From an uncultured Gemmatimonadales bacterium (GTDB lineage Bacteria > Gemmatimonadota > Gemmatimonadetes > Gemmatimonadales > GWC2-71-9), in the NCBI GenBank assembly GCA_963695555.1, contig CAVOGR010000002.1, forward strand, positions 96,001-160,000: a stretch of 64,000 nt of DNA. The letters are read 5' to 3'. The notes beneath the pieces were generated by a model, which saw only the letters and a program-made list of their open reading frames with translations, ran no database searches and was not told the origin of the DNA. Position numbers and translations under genes: made by a program. Positions 1 to 9,262 of the stretch are shown piece by piece. The stretch's first letter is position 1, and the number at the start of each line of letters is the position of its first letter.

Positions 1-496
1 GAACGTCGCGTCATTAGGATCCTGCGGCGCGGCGGTGGGATTCCGTTTCGCCTCGACTGCCGGGTTCCGTCCCACCGCCAGCGCGTCTTGGACCCGCGTG
101 ATGAAGTCCTGCATGCTGATACGCCGGCCGTCCTCGGCCTCGAAATCGGTGCCCGCATTGAACCCGACGGCAAAGCCACCGCCCAGGGTCAGGGTCACCG
201 ACCCGGCCGGGTCGATCGAGGAGATCCGGCTTTCGATCTCTTCCTCATCGAACAACTCCTCGCTCTCCTTCACCTCGACCTCGCGGGCAACCAGAGTGCC
301 GTTCACCAGCTTGATCTCCACCCGGTTGGGGCCGCTGACCATTGCATCCTCGAACTCGGGCAGCGTGATCTGCTGGGAGAATTGAGGCAGCGCGCCCCCG
401 CCCCCGCCCCCGCCCGCCAGGTCCGGTCACACCATCACTGTTGCACGCCGTAACGAGGGCGGCCATTCCGAATACCCAAAGACTGCTCGATTTCAC
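1..496 (-). CDS. Lipoprotein (possibly DUF5666-like), runs off the window edge, frameshifted in a (GGCGGG)n tract near 395-417
   Basis: Lipobox-like MKSSSLWVFGMAALVTAC; after a frame change in the Gly-codon repeat the sequence continues open as ALPQFSQQITLPEFEDAMVSGPNRVEIKLVNGTLVAREVEVKESEE to base 1. Confidence 0.6.
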
Positions 497-541
497 GATT
501 CCACCTCCACACGATGTTTGACTTTGACACCCCCCTTTAAG

Positions 542-556
542 GCAACGGCGATGCCA
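542..556 (-). promoter_or_regulatory. Sigma-54 (-24/-12) promoter for the lipoprotein gene
   Basis: Minus strand TGGCATCGCCGTTGC = GG-N10-GC, close to consensus TGGCAC-N5-TTGC, 46 bp upstream of the start codon. Confidence 0.7.
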
Positions 557-685
557 GAGGCGGGCCGACAGTTGTCAATGGTGGAAGTGACGTGACATCA
601 GTGACTTGGCATGAACCGGCTGACGGTCGCGCCGGAGCGGGCCCGTAACGGGACATTACGGGCCGTGTCAAATCGTTACACCTGA

Positions 686-1171
686 TCAGGGTTGTTCGGG
701 CGGCTCGGGCGGTGGGTTCGGCAGGGGATCGGGCCCCCCGGGACCGAAGGCTCGGCGCTGGGCACCGCGTCCCTGGCCGCGGGCCGCCATCTCACGATCG
801 AGTTGCACGCGTTGCTCCTCAGTCAGGACCGACCGGAGCTCTTGCTGGATCGAGTCCCGATACATCCGAAGGTGGGGGAGAGTCTGTCGCATGAGCGAAT
901 CGGTTTTGGGACGGGCCCGCTCCAGAATCGCCCGCATGCTGTCCTTCTGCGCCTGCGACAAGTCGAGCCGCTGGTAGATCCGCGGCAACTCGCCGGGCCG
1001 GGGTGGGCGCGCGGCCCCGCGCATGCTGTCCGGCCGTATGGGCGGGCCGCCCCGGACCGTCCGGAATCGTTCGACACTCATTCCGAGGACCCCGCCGGCC
1101 ACGAAGGCCACGACCAGAAGCACTATTCCCCGCGCCCGCACTCGGCCGAGCGATTCGATGCCTTCGATCAT
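686..1171 (-). CDS. Periplasmic heavy-metal-sensor / CpxP-Spy (LTXXQ)-like protein
   Basis: N-terminal TM helix; LDLSQAQ and VLTEEQ motifs; third gene of the ECF operon. Confidence 0.65.
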   Translation of the reverse strand: MIEGIESLGRVRARGIVLLVVAFVAGGVLGMSVERFRTVRGGPPIRPDSMRGAARPPRPGELPRIYQRLDLSQAQKDSMRAILERARPKTDSLMRQTLPHLRMYRDSIQQELRSVLTEEQRVQLDREMAARGQGRGAQRRAFGPGGPDPLPNPPPEPPEQP

Positions 1172-1536
1172 TGGCTCACCTCGATGGTTTCCAGGAAGTC
1201 GCTCGTGGAGGGCAACTGGTCACTGCGGATCCACGATGCGACCTGGGTTGGTACGCCAAGCGACTCTTCGATTCCGATCTCGACGACGACGCTGGCACTG
1301 GCACCTGGCGTTTCACCCAAACGCCAGAGAAACCCGAGCGAGACCATGATGACAACCGCTGCCGCCGCCAGCAGAGGCCACCACCACTGACCAACCTGGG
1401 CCACGGCGCTCGAGGGTTGCCGGCGCCGCGTGAATTCGGGCTCCGCGTCGTGTACGATCGCCGAAACCAGGCGCTCGAAGCGCGCCTCGTCACGAGTCGG
1501 GTCGAGTGCGGAGAAATTGATGCGATCGTCGCTCAT
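1168..1536 (-). CDS. Putative anti-sigma factor (single TM)
   Basis: Overlaps the ECF sigma stop by 4 bp; central TM WWWPLLAAAAVVIMVSLGFLW. Confidence 0.65.
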   Translation of the reverse strand: MSDDRINFSALDPTRDEARFERLVSAIVHDAEPEFTRRRQPSSAVAQVGQWWWPLLAAAAVVIMVSLGFLWRLGETPGASASVVVEIGIEESLGVPTQVASWIRSDQLPSTSDFLETIEVSQ

Positions 1537-2102
1537 GACAGGTACTCCTTTACGATCTGAGGGCCCAGACTCTCACGCAGTTGTCGTCGTGCCACGAACA
1601 AGTGCTGTCGGGCCGCCACCTCCGAAATGCCAAGCGACCGGGCGATCTCACGGTGCTTCCACCCTTCCAGGTCGTGCAGCAGCACCACCTCACGCTGTAC
1701 TTCCGAGAGCTTCCCGATCGCGGCTTCCAGGAGGTGGCGCAGTTCGTTTCGTTCGAGGTCTCGGGCCGAGTCATCCCGGCTTGCGGCGGAGGTGGACTCC
1801 AGCGGAACCGTACTCCGGACCGCTCGGTATTCCCGGTAGTTCCGGGCTCGGTTTCGGACGATTTGGACCACCCAAGCGCCGAACTTATCCGGATTGCGGC
1901 ACTCCTCCAGCCGCTCCAATGCCTTGAGAAAGCCGTCATGGCACACATCCTCGGCATCCATCTGATTCCCCAAGAGAGCCAGAGCCGCGGCATAGGCGGC
2001 CCGGAAGTGTCGGCGGACCAGCTCTTCGAAGGCCCGAGCGGCACCCGCGCGCGCCTGCTCGACCAGTATGGCATCCGACACGCTCGCATGGGATTGGTGC
2101 AT
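1533..2102 (-). CDS. ECF RNA polymerase sigma factor
   Basis: Region 2 DAEDVCHDGFLKA...FGAWVVQIVRN; region 4 REVVLLHDLEGWKHREIARSLGIS. Confidence 0.92.
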   Translation of the reverse strand: MHQSHASVSDAILVEQARAGAARAFEELVRRHFRAAYAAALALLGNQMDAEDVCHDGFLKALERLEECRNPDKFGAWVVQIVRNRARNYREYRAVRSTVPLESTSAASRDDSARDLERNELRHLLEAAIGKLSEVQREVVLLHDLEGWKHREIARSLGISEVAARQHLFVARRQLRESLGPQIVKEYLS

Positions 2103-2117
2103 GGCTCCTATTCCCAG

Positions 2118-2196
2118 AGACAGCCAAGCAGGGAGAACCGTTAGTCCGAGGAGTGGGCTGTCGGACCGCCTAACGATTCCGTCTCGCCGCCTGTCT
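2118..2196. promoter_or_regulatory. Two divergent ECF-type promoters CTAACG-N15-CTGTCT
   Basis: Same motif on minus strand (2144-2118, before the sigma gene) and plus strand (2170-2196, before the lipoprotein gene). Confidence 0.7.
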
Positions 2197-2268
2197 TGGT
2201 AACCGAGGGCGCATCCGACTCGGATGCCCTCGACTCACGATATCGAAGAACGACTACTGGAGGAAGAC

Positions 2269-2886
2269 ATGACCAAGCAATTCATCCGCGGCGCGGCCGC
2301 AACGCTCTTCCTGGCAGGAGGGAGCCTCCTCTTCCTTGGATGCAGCGAGAGCCAGGCCCTGGAGAGCGAGCTCAATGCCGTCACGGGCCAGGCCCTGGTG
2401 CAGCACCCCGTGGATCTCTCGGGAACCTGGAAGCTGAACCCTGATGCGAGCGACAACCCGCGTGAGCTGCTCGGCAATCGCAGAGGCCAGGGCCCCCGGG
2501 CCGGTGCGCGACCGGACAGCGGCGCCAGAGGCGTCCGCGGGCCGGGCCGGCCAGGGGCCGGCCGGGGAGGTGGACCAGGCGATCGGAACCTCACGATCAC
2601 CCAGACCGACGAAACGGTGACGCTGAGCCACGGCCCCAGGGGATCAATCACCCTCACCCCGAACGGTCAAGCGGTCACCAAAGAGGGCCGCGGCGGTGAG
2701 CACCAGGTAACCGCCAAGTGGGAGGGTGAGGTTCTGGTGGTGGAGCACAGCGGACCCCGGGGCGGAACCAGGACTCGGTCGTTCCAATTGTCCGCGGATG
2801 AGCAACAGCTCATCGTGACCAATAAGATCTCAGGTGGCCCGAGCGGAGAGACGGTCGAGTTCCGCACCGTGTTCGACAAGACCTGA
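2269..2886 (+). CDS. Hypothetical lipoprotein (beta-rich domain with Gly/Arg insert)
   Basis: GGAGG RBS; signal peptide ending LFLGC; DLSGTWKLNPDASD motif. Confidence 0.7.
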   Translation: MTKQFIRGAAATLFLAGGSLLFLGCSESQALESELNAVTGQALVQHPVDLSGTWKLNPDASDNPRELLGNRRGQGPRAGARPDSGARGVRGPGRPGAGRGGGPGDRNLTITQTDETVTLSHGPRGSITLTPNGQAVTKEGRGGEHQVTAKWEGEVLVVEHSGPRGGTRTRSFQLSADEQQLIVTNKISGGPSGETVEFRTVFDKT

Positions 2887-2902
2887 GACCACTTGCTCCA
2901 GA

Positions 2903-2936
2903 CAAGACGGCCGCGCCAAATGGCGCGGCCGTCTTG
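2903..2936. terminator. Hairpin between convergent genes
   Basis: CAAGACGGCCGCGCCA-AA-TGGCGCGGCCGTCTTG perfect 16-bp stem. Confidence 0.75.
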
Positions 2937-2955
2937 CTTGGTTGACTGACCGACG

Positions 2956-3825
2956 TCAGGAGCGCTCGATGCGCACCCGGGGCCTATCCATGCGTCCCGG
3001 GTCAACCGAGCGATTGCGCCAAACGGGCTCGTCCGGAGAATCCGGCACCGTCATGCTGATGGTCTGACGGCGCTGCTTTCGCATGATCGCAAGCTCTACG
3101 GTCTCTCCTTGCTCGTACGAGCCGAGGATGCGCATCGCGTGTGACGGCGTCTTCGGCGTGCGGCCCGCAATGGAGAGGATCACATCGCCTGGCTTCAGGC
3201 TGAGCTCCGACCCTTCCGCCACACTCACCACCAGGAGCCCTTCCTTGGCGGCGAAATACTCGCCGAGGTCGGGATTCAGGCTCACCAACTCGAGCCCGCC
3301 CCATCGGCCGGTGCCGAAGAACTCAAAGTTGAGGTCGCGCGGCATAAAGCGGAACTCGTTCATTCCGCGCTGGAGGCGCTCCATATCCGGCATCCGGAAC
3401 GAGAAGGTGTTCCCCATGTCCTCCGCCTCGAGCGTCGCCTTCTGGCTCTTCGCACCGCGGCGGTACTCGATCTCCACCTTGTCTCCCGGATCGAGCTTCC
3501 GGGCCAGCTCGACCAACTTCATGCCCGGGCCAGACGCGTTCTCATCGTCAGCCTTGACCCCGGCCAGGGCGGTGCCGTTGAACTTGGTGATGATGTCGCC
3601 GGCCTCGAGCCCAGCCTTGTCCGCTGGTCCGTCCGGCACCACCGATTCGACTTCGGCGCCGATCTTGTCCCGAGCCATGTCGGCCCGGGTGTTGACCATC
3701 ACCCCGATCCGCCCCCGGCCGGCGCCGAACGCGAAGACCCTGAGATCCCGGTCCTGTGCCTGTGCCAGACCCACGGGGACGGTAAGGAGGAGCGCGAGCG
3801 CTCCAAAGAGCCACTGTCGTTTCAT
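2956..3825 (-). CDS. Secreted tandem PDZ-domain protein
   Basis: Signal peptide; two PDZ units (VVPDGPADKAGLEAGDIITKFNG; LKPGDVILSIAG); no protease domain. Confidence 0.85.
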   Translation of the reverse strand: MKRQWLFGALALLLTVPVGLAQAQDRDLRVFAFGAGRGRIGVMVNTRADMARDKIGAEVESVVPDGPADKAGLEAGDIITKFNGTALAGVKADDENASGPGMKLVELARKLDPGDKVEIEYRRGAKSQKATLEAEDMGNTFSFRMPDMERLQRGMNEFRFMPRDLNFEFFGTGRWGGLELVSLNPDLGEYFAAKEGLLVVSVAEGSELSLKPGDVILSIAGRTPKTPSHAMRILGSYEQGETVELAIMRKQRRQTISMTVPDSPDEPVWRNRSVDPGRMDRPRVRIERS

Positions 3826-4092
3826 GAGTGAGTATCTCCCTTTTGTGGTACTTGGCTTCTAGTGGTAGGGATTCGGGAGGGGGCCGGATGGTCGCACGGA
3901 AAGGACGTAGGAGGGTAGGGACGTAGGAGTGTGGGACTACAGGCCGGGGCCGATCTTGGTCCCTACTTCCCACCAGCCTACTGCCCTACCTCCTCCCACA
4001 GTCTCTCCCACCCGTTTCAGGCCGGGTTAGATTTCCCACCATTCCCCCTGTCACTTGCTACAGAGCGCTCAGCTCTGCGAGGAGACTGCCCC

Positions 4093-4635
4093 ATGCGTGC
4101 CGCCGTCGAACGGCTCTGGCCCGAGCTCGAGTGGATCGAGGACCCAGGCCTCAGGGAGCAGACCACCCAAACCTGGACTACCGCGTTCGAGCGGAGCCCG
4201 CTCGAGCCCGACGACTTGAACGAGATCCCCTTCACGCTGCTCGTCCCGAATTGTCCGGCCACGTTCATGGAGCACAAGCGGTGCGTGGTCCACATTGCGC
4301 GCGCGGGGGCTAGGGCCATGCAGGAATTCATGGGAACCTCGCTCACAATCGACCTGGATACGGTCATCGCCGGCGCCATCCTGGCCGACGTGGGCAAGCT
4401 CCTGGAGTACGAGAAGGTCGGCGGGAAGGCCGTCCAGAGCGACCGTGGGAAGAACCTCCGGCACCCGTTCACCGGTGTGGCGCTCGCAATGGAGTGCGGC
4501 GTGCCGGAAGCGGTCTGCCATATCATCGCGGCCCACGCCGGCGAGGGCGACCTGGTCAAGCGCAGCACCGAGGCGATCATCGTCCACCACGCGGACTTCA
4601 TGGCCTACCTGCCGTTCAAGAACCTGTCTCGCTGA
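4093..4635 (+). CDS. HD/HDIG-domain protein with the HD motif changed to AD
   Basis: MEHKR...GAILADVGKLLEY...RHPFTG...HIIAAH...VHHAD; first gene of the tricarboxylate operon. Confidence 0.8.
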   Translation: MRAAVERLWPELEWIEDPGLREQTTQTWTTAFERSPLEPDDLNEIPFTLLVPNCPATFMEHKRCVVHIARAGARAMQEFMGTSLTIDLDTVIAGAILADVGKLLEYEKVGGKAVQSDRGKNLRHPFTGVALAMECGVPEAVCHIIAAHAGEGDLVKRSTEAIIVHHADFMAYLPFKNLSR

Positions 4636-4653
4636 CCAAGCGGAGAGAGACAT

Positions 4654-6031
4654 ATGCCGGACACCATCACCGCCACCATGGCCCGCTGGGCCTCCGACCT
4701 CACGTTCGACGACATCGGCGCCCAGGCCGTGCACGAGGCGAAGCGATACCTGCTGGATTCCCTGGGCTGCGCCTTCGGCGGCTTCCGCCAGGAAGACGCG
4801 CGGATCGCCATGGAGGTGCTCGACGAGGTCGGCGGGAAGGGACCGGCCACCATCCTCGGCAGCGGGAAGCGCACCGACCCTGTCACCGCGTCGCTCGCCA
4901 ATGCGCTGATGGTCCGGGTGATGGACTACAACGACATCTACTGGCAGCAAGATCCGTCGCACCCCTCGGACATCATTCCCGCTGCGATCGCCTGCGGCGA
5001 ACGGGCCGCAAGGAAGCGGCACAGACCTCGTCGTCGGCATCGTGCTGGGACATGAATTCGAGATGCGGATGTGCGAGGCTGCCTTCCCGGGCATCCGCGA
5101 GCGCGGCTGGCACCACGCGACACTCACCGCGTTCGTCTCGCCCATCGTCGCCGGACGCATGCTCGGCCTTCCGTGGGACAAGATCCAGCACGCGATCGGG
5201 ATCTCGGCTTCACGCCATGCCACCCTCGGGGCAGTGACCGCGGGCAAGCTCACCATGATGAAGAACACGGTCGACCCCATGGCCACCCAGTCGGGAGTGC
5301 TGGCGGCGCTCCTGGCCGAGAAGGGGTACACCGGCCCCGAGCACGTGATCGATGGGAAGGAAGGGCTGGCGCATTGCTTCGGGCCCGAGTGGAAGCTCGA
5401 CGTGCTGGTGGATGGGCTGGGCGATGCCTGGCGGATCGAGCGGTGCGGCATGAAGGCTTTTCCTACCGAGGCCCTCACCCACACCCCAATCTCGGCCGTG
5501 CTCGACATCGTGCACGCGAACGACCTGAAACCCGATGACATCGAGCAAGTCCACATCCGGTCACTGGCACGCGCGGCGGACATCCTCGCCGACCCGTCGA
5601 AATACGATCCGCGCACCAAGGAAACCGCCGATCACAGCCTCCCCTACGTGATCGCCGCCGCGATCGCGGATGGACAGGTGACGCCCGCGCAATTCGAAGC
5701 CGACAAGATCATGGATCCGATCATCCGCGCGCAGCTGAATAAGGTGAAGGTGGTGGCCGATCCGGAGATCGAAGCTGTCTTCCCCAAGCTTCAGCGCGTG
5801 ATCGTCACCGTGACGACCACCGACGGGCGCGAACTGACCAAGCAGCTGGATTACCCCAAGGGAGACCCGCGGAATCCGCTCACCGACCAGGAAGTCGAAG
5901 AGAAATTCGACGCCCTTGCGGGTCCAGTGCTCTCAAAAGGCGCGCGGGCCAAGCTCAAGCAGGCGGTATGGGATCTCGAGAAGCAGAAGTCGATTTCGAA
6001 GCTCATGGCTCTCTGCACCACTGACCGGTAG
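4654..6031 (+). CDS. prpD: MmgE/PrpD-family dehydratase, split by one frameshift near 5008-5011
   Basis: DSLGCA, DYNDIY...SHPSD, RGWHH, KETADHSLPY, PKGDPRNPL; ORFs 4654-5055 and 5042-6031 join as ACGERA/GSGTDLVVGIVLGHE. Confidence 0.85.
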
Positions 6032-6048
6032 CCCACTCGGAGACGACG

Positions 6049-7995
6049 ATGGGTCAGACGATCACGGAGAAGATCGCGCAGCAGTACATGACCGAAGGCC
6101 CGGCCCGGCCGCTCCGTCCGGGTGACGTCATCTCGCTTCGGCCACGGCACGTGCTCACGCACGACAACACCGCGGCGGTCATGAAGAAGTTCCGGGCGAT
6201 TGGCGCAGACCGGGTCTTCGATCCCAGGCAACCGGTCTTTGCGCTGGATCACGATATCCAAAACACCTCCGAGACCAATCTCGCGAAGTACGCCGAGATC
6301 GAGGCCTTTGCCGCGGAGCACGGCGTCGATTTCTATCCGGCCGGCACCGGCATCAGCCACCAGGTGATGGTGGCGCACGGGTACGTAGTTCCAGGCTCAC
6401 TGGTCGTGGGTTCGGATTCCCACTCCAACATGTACGGAGCGCTCGGGGCGTTGGGCACACCGGTGGTGCGGACCGACGCGGCTGCCATCTGGGCCACAGG
6501 CGAGTTCTGGTGGCAGGTGCCGCGCACCGTCCGCGTGGTGCTCGAGGGCACGCTCCGGAAGGGTGTGACTGGAAAGGACGTGATCGTTATGCTGTGCGGG
6601 CTCTACAACCAGGGCGAGGTGCTGAACGCCATCGTCGAGTTCGCCGGCCCGGGCGTCGCCAGCCTGAGCGCCGACGCCCGCATGACTATCGCCAACATGA
6701 CGACCGAATGGGGCGCGCTCGCCGGATGGTTCCCGATAGATGCGGTCACGATCACCTACCTGAAGTCCCGAAAGAAGATCATCGAGGCGGCGGGAAGCTC
6801 CCGATTCACCGACGACGACCTCACCGCTTGGGCAACCAACCCGCCCGCACCCGATCCGGACGCGGCCTATGCCGGTGAGATCGTACTCGACCTGGCAACC
6901 GTGAGCCCACACGTGTCGGGGCCCGACACGGTGCAGGTCATGCGCTCGGTGGCGGACATCGAGCGCGACAAGATTGCGATCCAAAAGGCCTACCTGGTCA
7001 GCTGCGTCAACAGTCGGCTCGAGGATCTCGAGGCGGCGGCCCGAGTTATTGAGGGCAAGAAGGTGGCCCCCAGCGTGGACTTCTACGTGGCCGCTGCGAG
7101 CAAGGAGGTGCAGGATCGAGCCGAGGCGTCGGGTGCATGGGGCACGCTGCTCGCGGCGGGCGCCCATCCGCTGCCGCCCGGATGCGGGCCCTGCATCGGG
7201 CTCGGCGTGGGGCTCCTCGAGCCAGGCGAGGTCGGGATCTCAGCCACAAACCGGAACTTCAAGGGCCGCATGGGCTCCCGAGAGGCGCAGGCGTACCTCG
7301 GCAGTCCGGCTGTCGTCGCTGCTTCGGCGGTGGCGGGCTACATCACCGGCCCCGGCCCCTCCTATGGCGGGCAGCCGGAGAAGCGGTTCGTCGAGTCGGC
7401 CGAGCGGGCGCGGGCGCCTGAACGGGTCGATATCCTCAACGGCTTCCCCGAGCGTCTCAGCGGCCGGCTGGTGTTCGTCCCGCAGGACAACCTGAACACC
7501 GATGGGATCTACGGGAAGGACTACACCTACCGCGAGGACATGACCGCGGAGCAGATGGCCGAGGTCGTGATGGAGAATTACGATCCCGCCTTTGCCGGCC
7601 GGACCGCCGCGGGCGACGTGTTGGTCGGCGGGTGGAACTTCGGCACCGGGTCGAGCCGGGAGCAGGCGGCGACGGCGCTCAAGGCGAAGGGAATCGCGCT
7701 GGTGATCGCCGGGAGTTTCTCGCAGACGTATCTTCGAAACGCCTACAACAACGGCTTCGTCTGCATCGAGTGTCCCGAGCTCGTGAAACGGCTGAAGCAC
7801 CAGCACGAACCGGCGATGGCAGCCGGCGAGCTGACGATCGTCCCCGGTGATCAGATCGAGGTGGACTTCGCCAACGGGACCATCGCACACAGTGGCGCCG
7901 AGTACGGCTTTGCGGCACTCGGCTCAGTACCCCAATCGCTCGTCGTGGCGGGCGGGGTCGAGAACCTCGTCCGACGACGGTTGGGCCTCGGCTAA
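6049..7995 (+). CDS. lysF: Fungal-type monomeric homoaconitase (Lys4/LysF-like), large and swivel domains fused
   Basis: QTITEKI, THDN, LDHDIQN, DFYPAGTGISHQ, DSHSNMYG, VRTDAAAIWATG.WWQ, SCVNSR, CGPCIGLG, SATNRNFKGRMG, NFGTGSSREQA; closely recalls fungal Lys4. Confidence 0.85.
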   Translation: MGQTITEKIAQQYMTEGPARPLRPGDVISLRPRHVLTHDNTAAVMKKFRAIGADRVFDPRQPVFALDHDIQNTSETNLAKYAEIEAFAAEHGVDFYPAGTGISHQVMVAHGYVVPGSLVVGSDSHSNMYGALGALGTPVVRTDAAAIWATGEFWWQVPRTVRVVLEGTLRKGVTGKDVIVMLCGLYNQGEVLNAIVEFAGPGVASLSADARMTIANMTTEWGALAGWFPIDAVTITYLKSRKKIIEAAGSSRFTDDDLTAWATNPPAPDPDAAYAGEIVLDLATVSPHVSGPDTVQVMRSVADIERDKIAIQKAYLVSCVNSRLEDLEAAARVIEGKKVAPSVDFYVAAASKEVQDRAEASGAWGTLLAAGAHPLPPGCGPCIGLGVGLLEPGEVGISATNRNFKGRMGSREAQAYLGSPAVVAASAVAGYITGPGPSYGGQPEKRFVESAERARAPERVDILNGFPERLSGRLVFVPQDNLNTDGIYGKDYTYREDMTAEQMAEVVMENYDPAFAGRTAAGDVLVGGWNFGTGSSREQAATALKAKGIALVIAGSFSQTYLRNAYNNGFVCIECPELVKRLKHQHEPAMAAGELTIVPGDQIEVDFANGTIAHSGAEYGFAALGSVPQSLVVAGGVENLVRRRLGLG

Positions 7996-8063
7996 TACAA
8001 CCGCGTCCGATCGATCAACAATGAAGACAACCCGCCGGCGGAGCCCCGCCGACAGAGGACAAC

Positions 8064-9251
8064 ATGGCTAAGTACACGGTGGTATCGATGCCCGGCGACG
8101 GCATCGGCAAGGTGGTTCTTCCCGAGGCGGTGCGCGTGCTCGACGCGATCGGGTTCGACGCGGCATACGTGCATGCCGACATCGGGTGGGATTTCTGGAT
8201 CAACGACGGGAACCCGCTCCCTGACAAGACCATCCAGCTGCTCGATCGCCACAAACTCGGCCTGTTCGGCGCCATTACCTCCAAGCCCAAGGGCCTCGCG
8301 ACCAAGGAACTCAAGCCGGAATTGCGCGACAAGGGGTTGGTGTATTTCAGCCCGATCGTCGCCATGCGCCAGCGATTCAACCTAGACGTGTGTATCCGGC
8401 CCTGCCGGTCGTTCCCCGGCAACCCGCTCAACTTCATCCGACAGATGGCAGGCGGCGGCTTCGAGGAGCCGAAGGTAGACGCGGTGATCTTCCGACAAAA
8501 TACCGAGGGATTGTACGCCGGCATCGAGTGGACCGACCCGCCCGAGCAGGTTCGTCAGGCGTTGGCCACCCACCCGAAATTCAAGCGATTTGCCTCCACG
8601 CCTGGACCCGACTTGGCGATCTCCACTCGGGTGTTTACCCGGAACGCGTGTCGACGAATTGTCACGGCGGCATTCGAGTATGCCAAACGCCACGGCTACA
8701 AGTCCGTGACGGTCTGCGAGAAGCCCAACGTGCTCCGCGAGACGTCGGGCATGATGGAGGACGTGGCCGCACAGGTGAAGCAGGGCTTTCCGGACATCCA
8801 GCTCTGGTCCACCAACATCGATGCCCAGATGATGTGGCTCACCAAGAACCCGGAAGACTACGGGGTCATCGTCGCGGGCAATATGTTCGGTGACATCATC
8901 TCCGACGGTTTTGCCGGGCTGGTCGGCGGCCTGGGATTCGCCTGCTCGGGTAACATCGGTGACGAAGTGGCGGTGTTCGAGCCGACCCATGGGTCGGCGC
9001 CCAAGTACCAGCAGCTCGATCCGCCGATCGTGAATCCGATCGCGATGATCTTGAGCGCGGCCATGCTGCTCGACCACGTCGGCGAGACCGACCGGGCCAC
9101 ACGGGTGCGCAACGCCGTTGGCGCGGTGGTCAAGGCTGGGAAGGTGCGCACCTACGACATGCTGCGCCTGGCCGGCGGGCAGGACGTGTTTTCCAAGGGA
9201 GCGGCGACGACCACCCAGGTGGGCGACGCCATCATCCAGCAGCTGAAATAG
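8064..9251 (+). CDS. Isocitrate/isopropylmalate dehydrogenase family, probable homoisocitrate dehydrogenase
   Basis: PGDGIG, LFGAITS..YFSPIVAMR (recalls fungal Lys12 YSSPIVALR), RQNTEGLY, NMFGDIISD, FEPTHGSAP. Confidence 0.8.
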   Translation: MAKYTVVSMPGDGIGKVVLPEAVRVLDAIGFDAAYVHADIGWDFWINDGNPLPDKTIQLLDRHKLGLFGAITSKPKGLATKELKPELRDKGLVYFSPIVAMRQRFNLDVCIRPCRSFPGNPLNFIRQMAGGGFEEPKVDAVIFRQNTEGLYAGIEWTDPPEQVRQALATHPKFKRFASTPGPDLAISTRVFTRNACRRIVTAAFEYAKRHGYKSVTVCEKPNVLRETSGMMEDVAAQVKQGFPDIQLWSTNIDAQMMWLTKNPEDYGVIVAGNMFGDIISDGFAGLVGGLGFACSGNIGDEVAVFEPTHGSAPKYQQLDPPIVNPIAMILSAAMLLDHVGETDRATRVRNAVGAVVKAGKVRTYDMLRLAGGQDVFSKGAATTTQVGDAIIQQLK

Positions 9252-9262
9252 CGAGGTACCCG

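Noticed and set aside
4069..5619. Long antisense ORFs (also 9152-10636, 14692-16299, 41389-43194)
   Set aside because: Shadow ORFs opposite well-supported genes, expected in high-GC DNA; no recognisable motifs
4654..6031. Classical methylcitrate cycle or programmed frameshift in prpD
   Set aside because: No prpB/prpC/acnD/prpF nearby and no clear slippery heptamer at the break; an indel error is simpler
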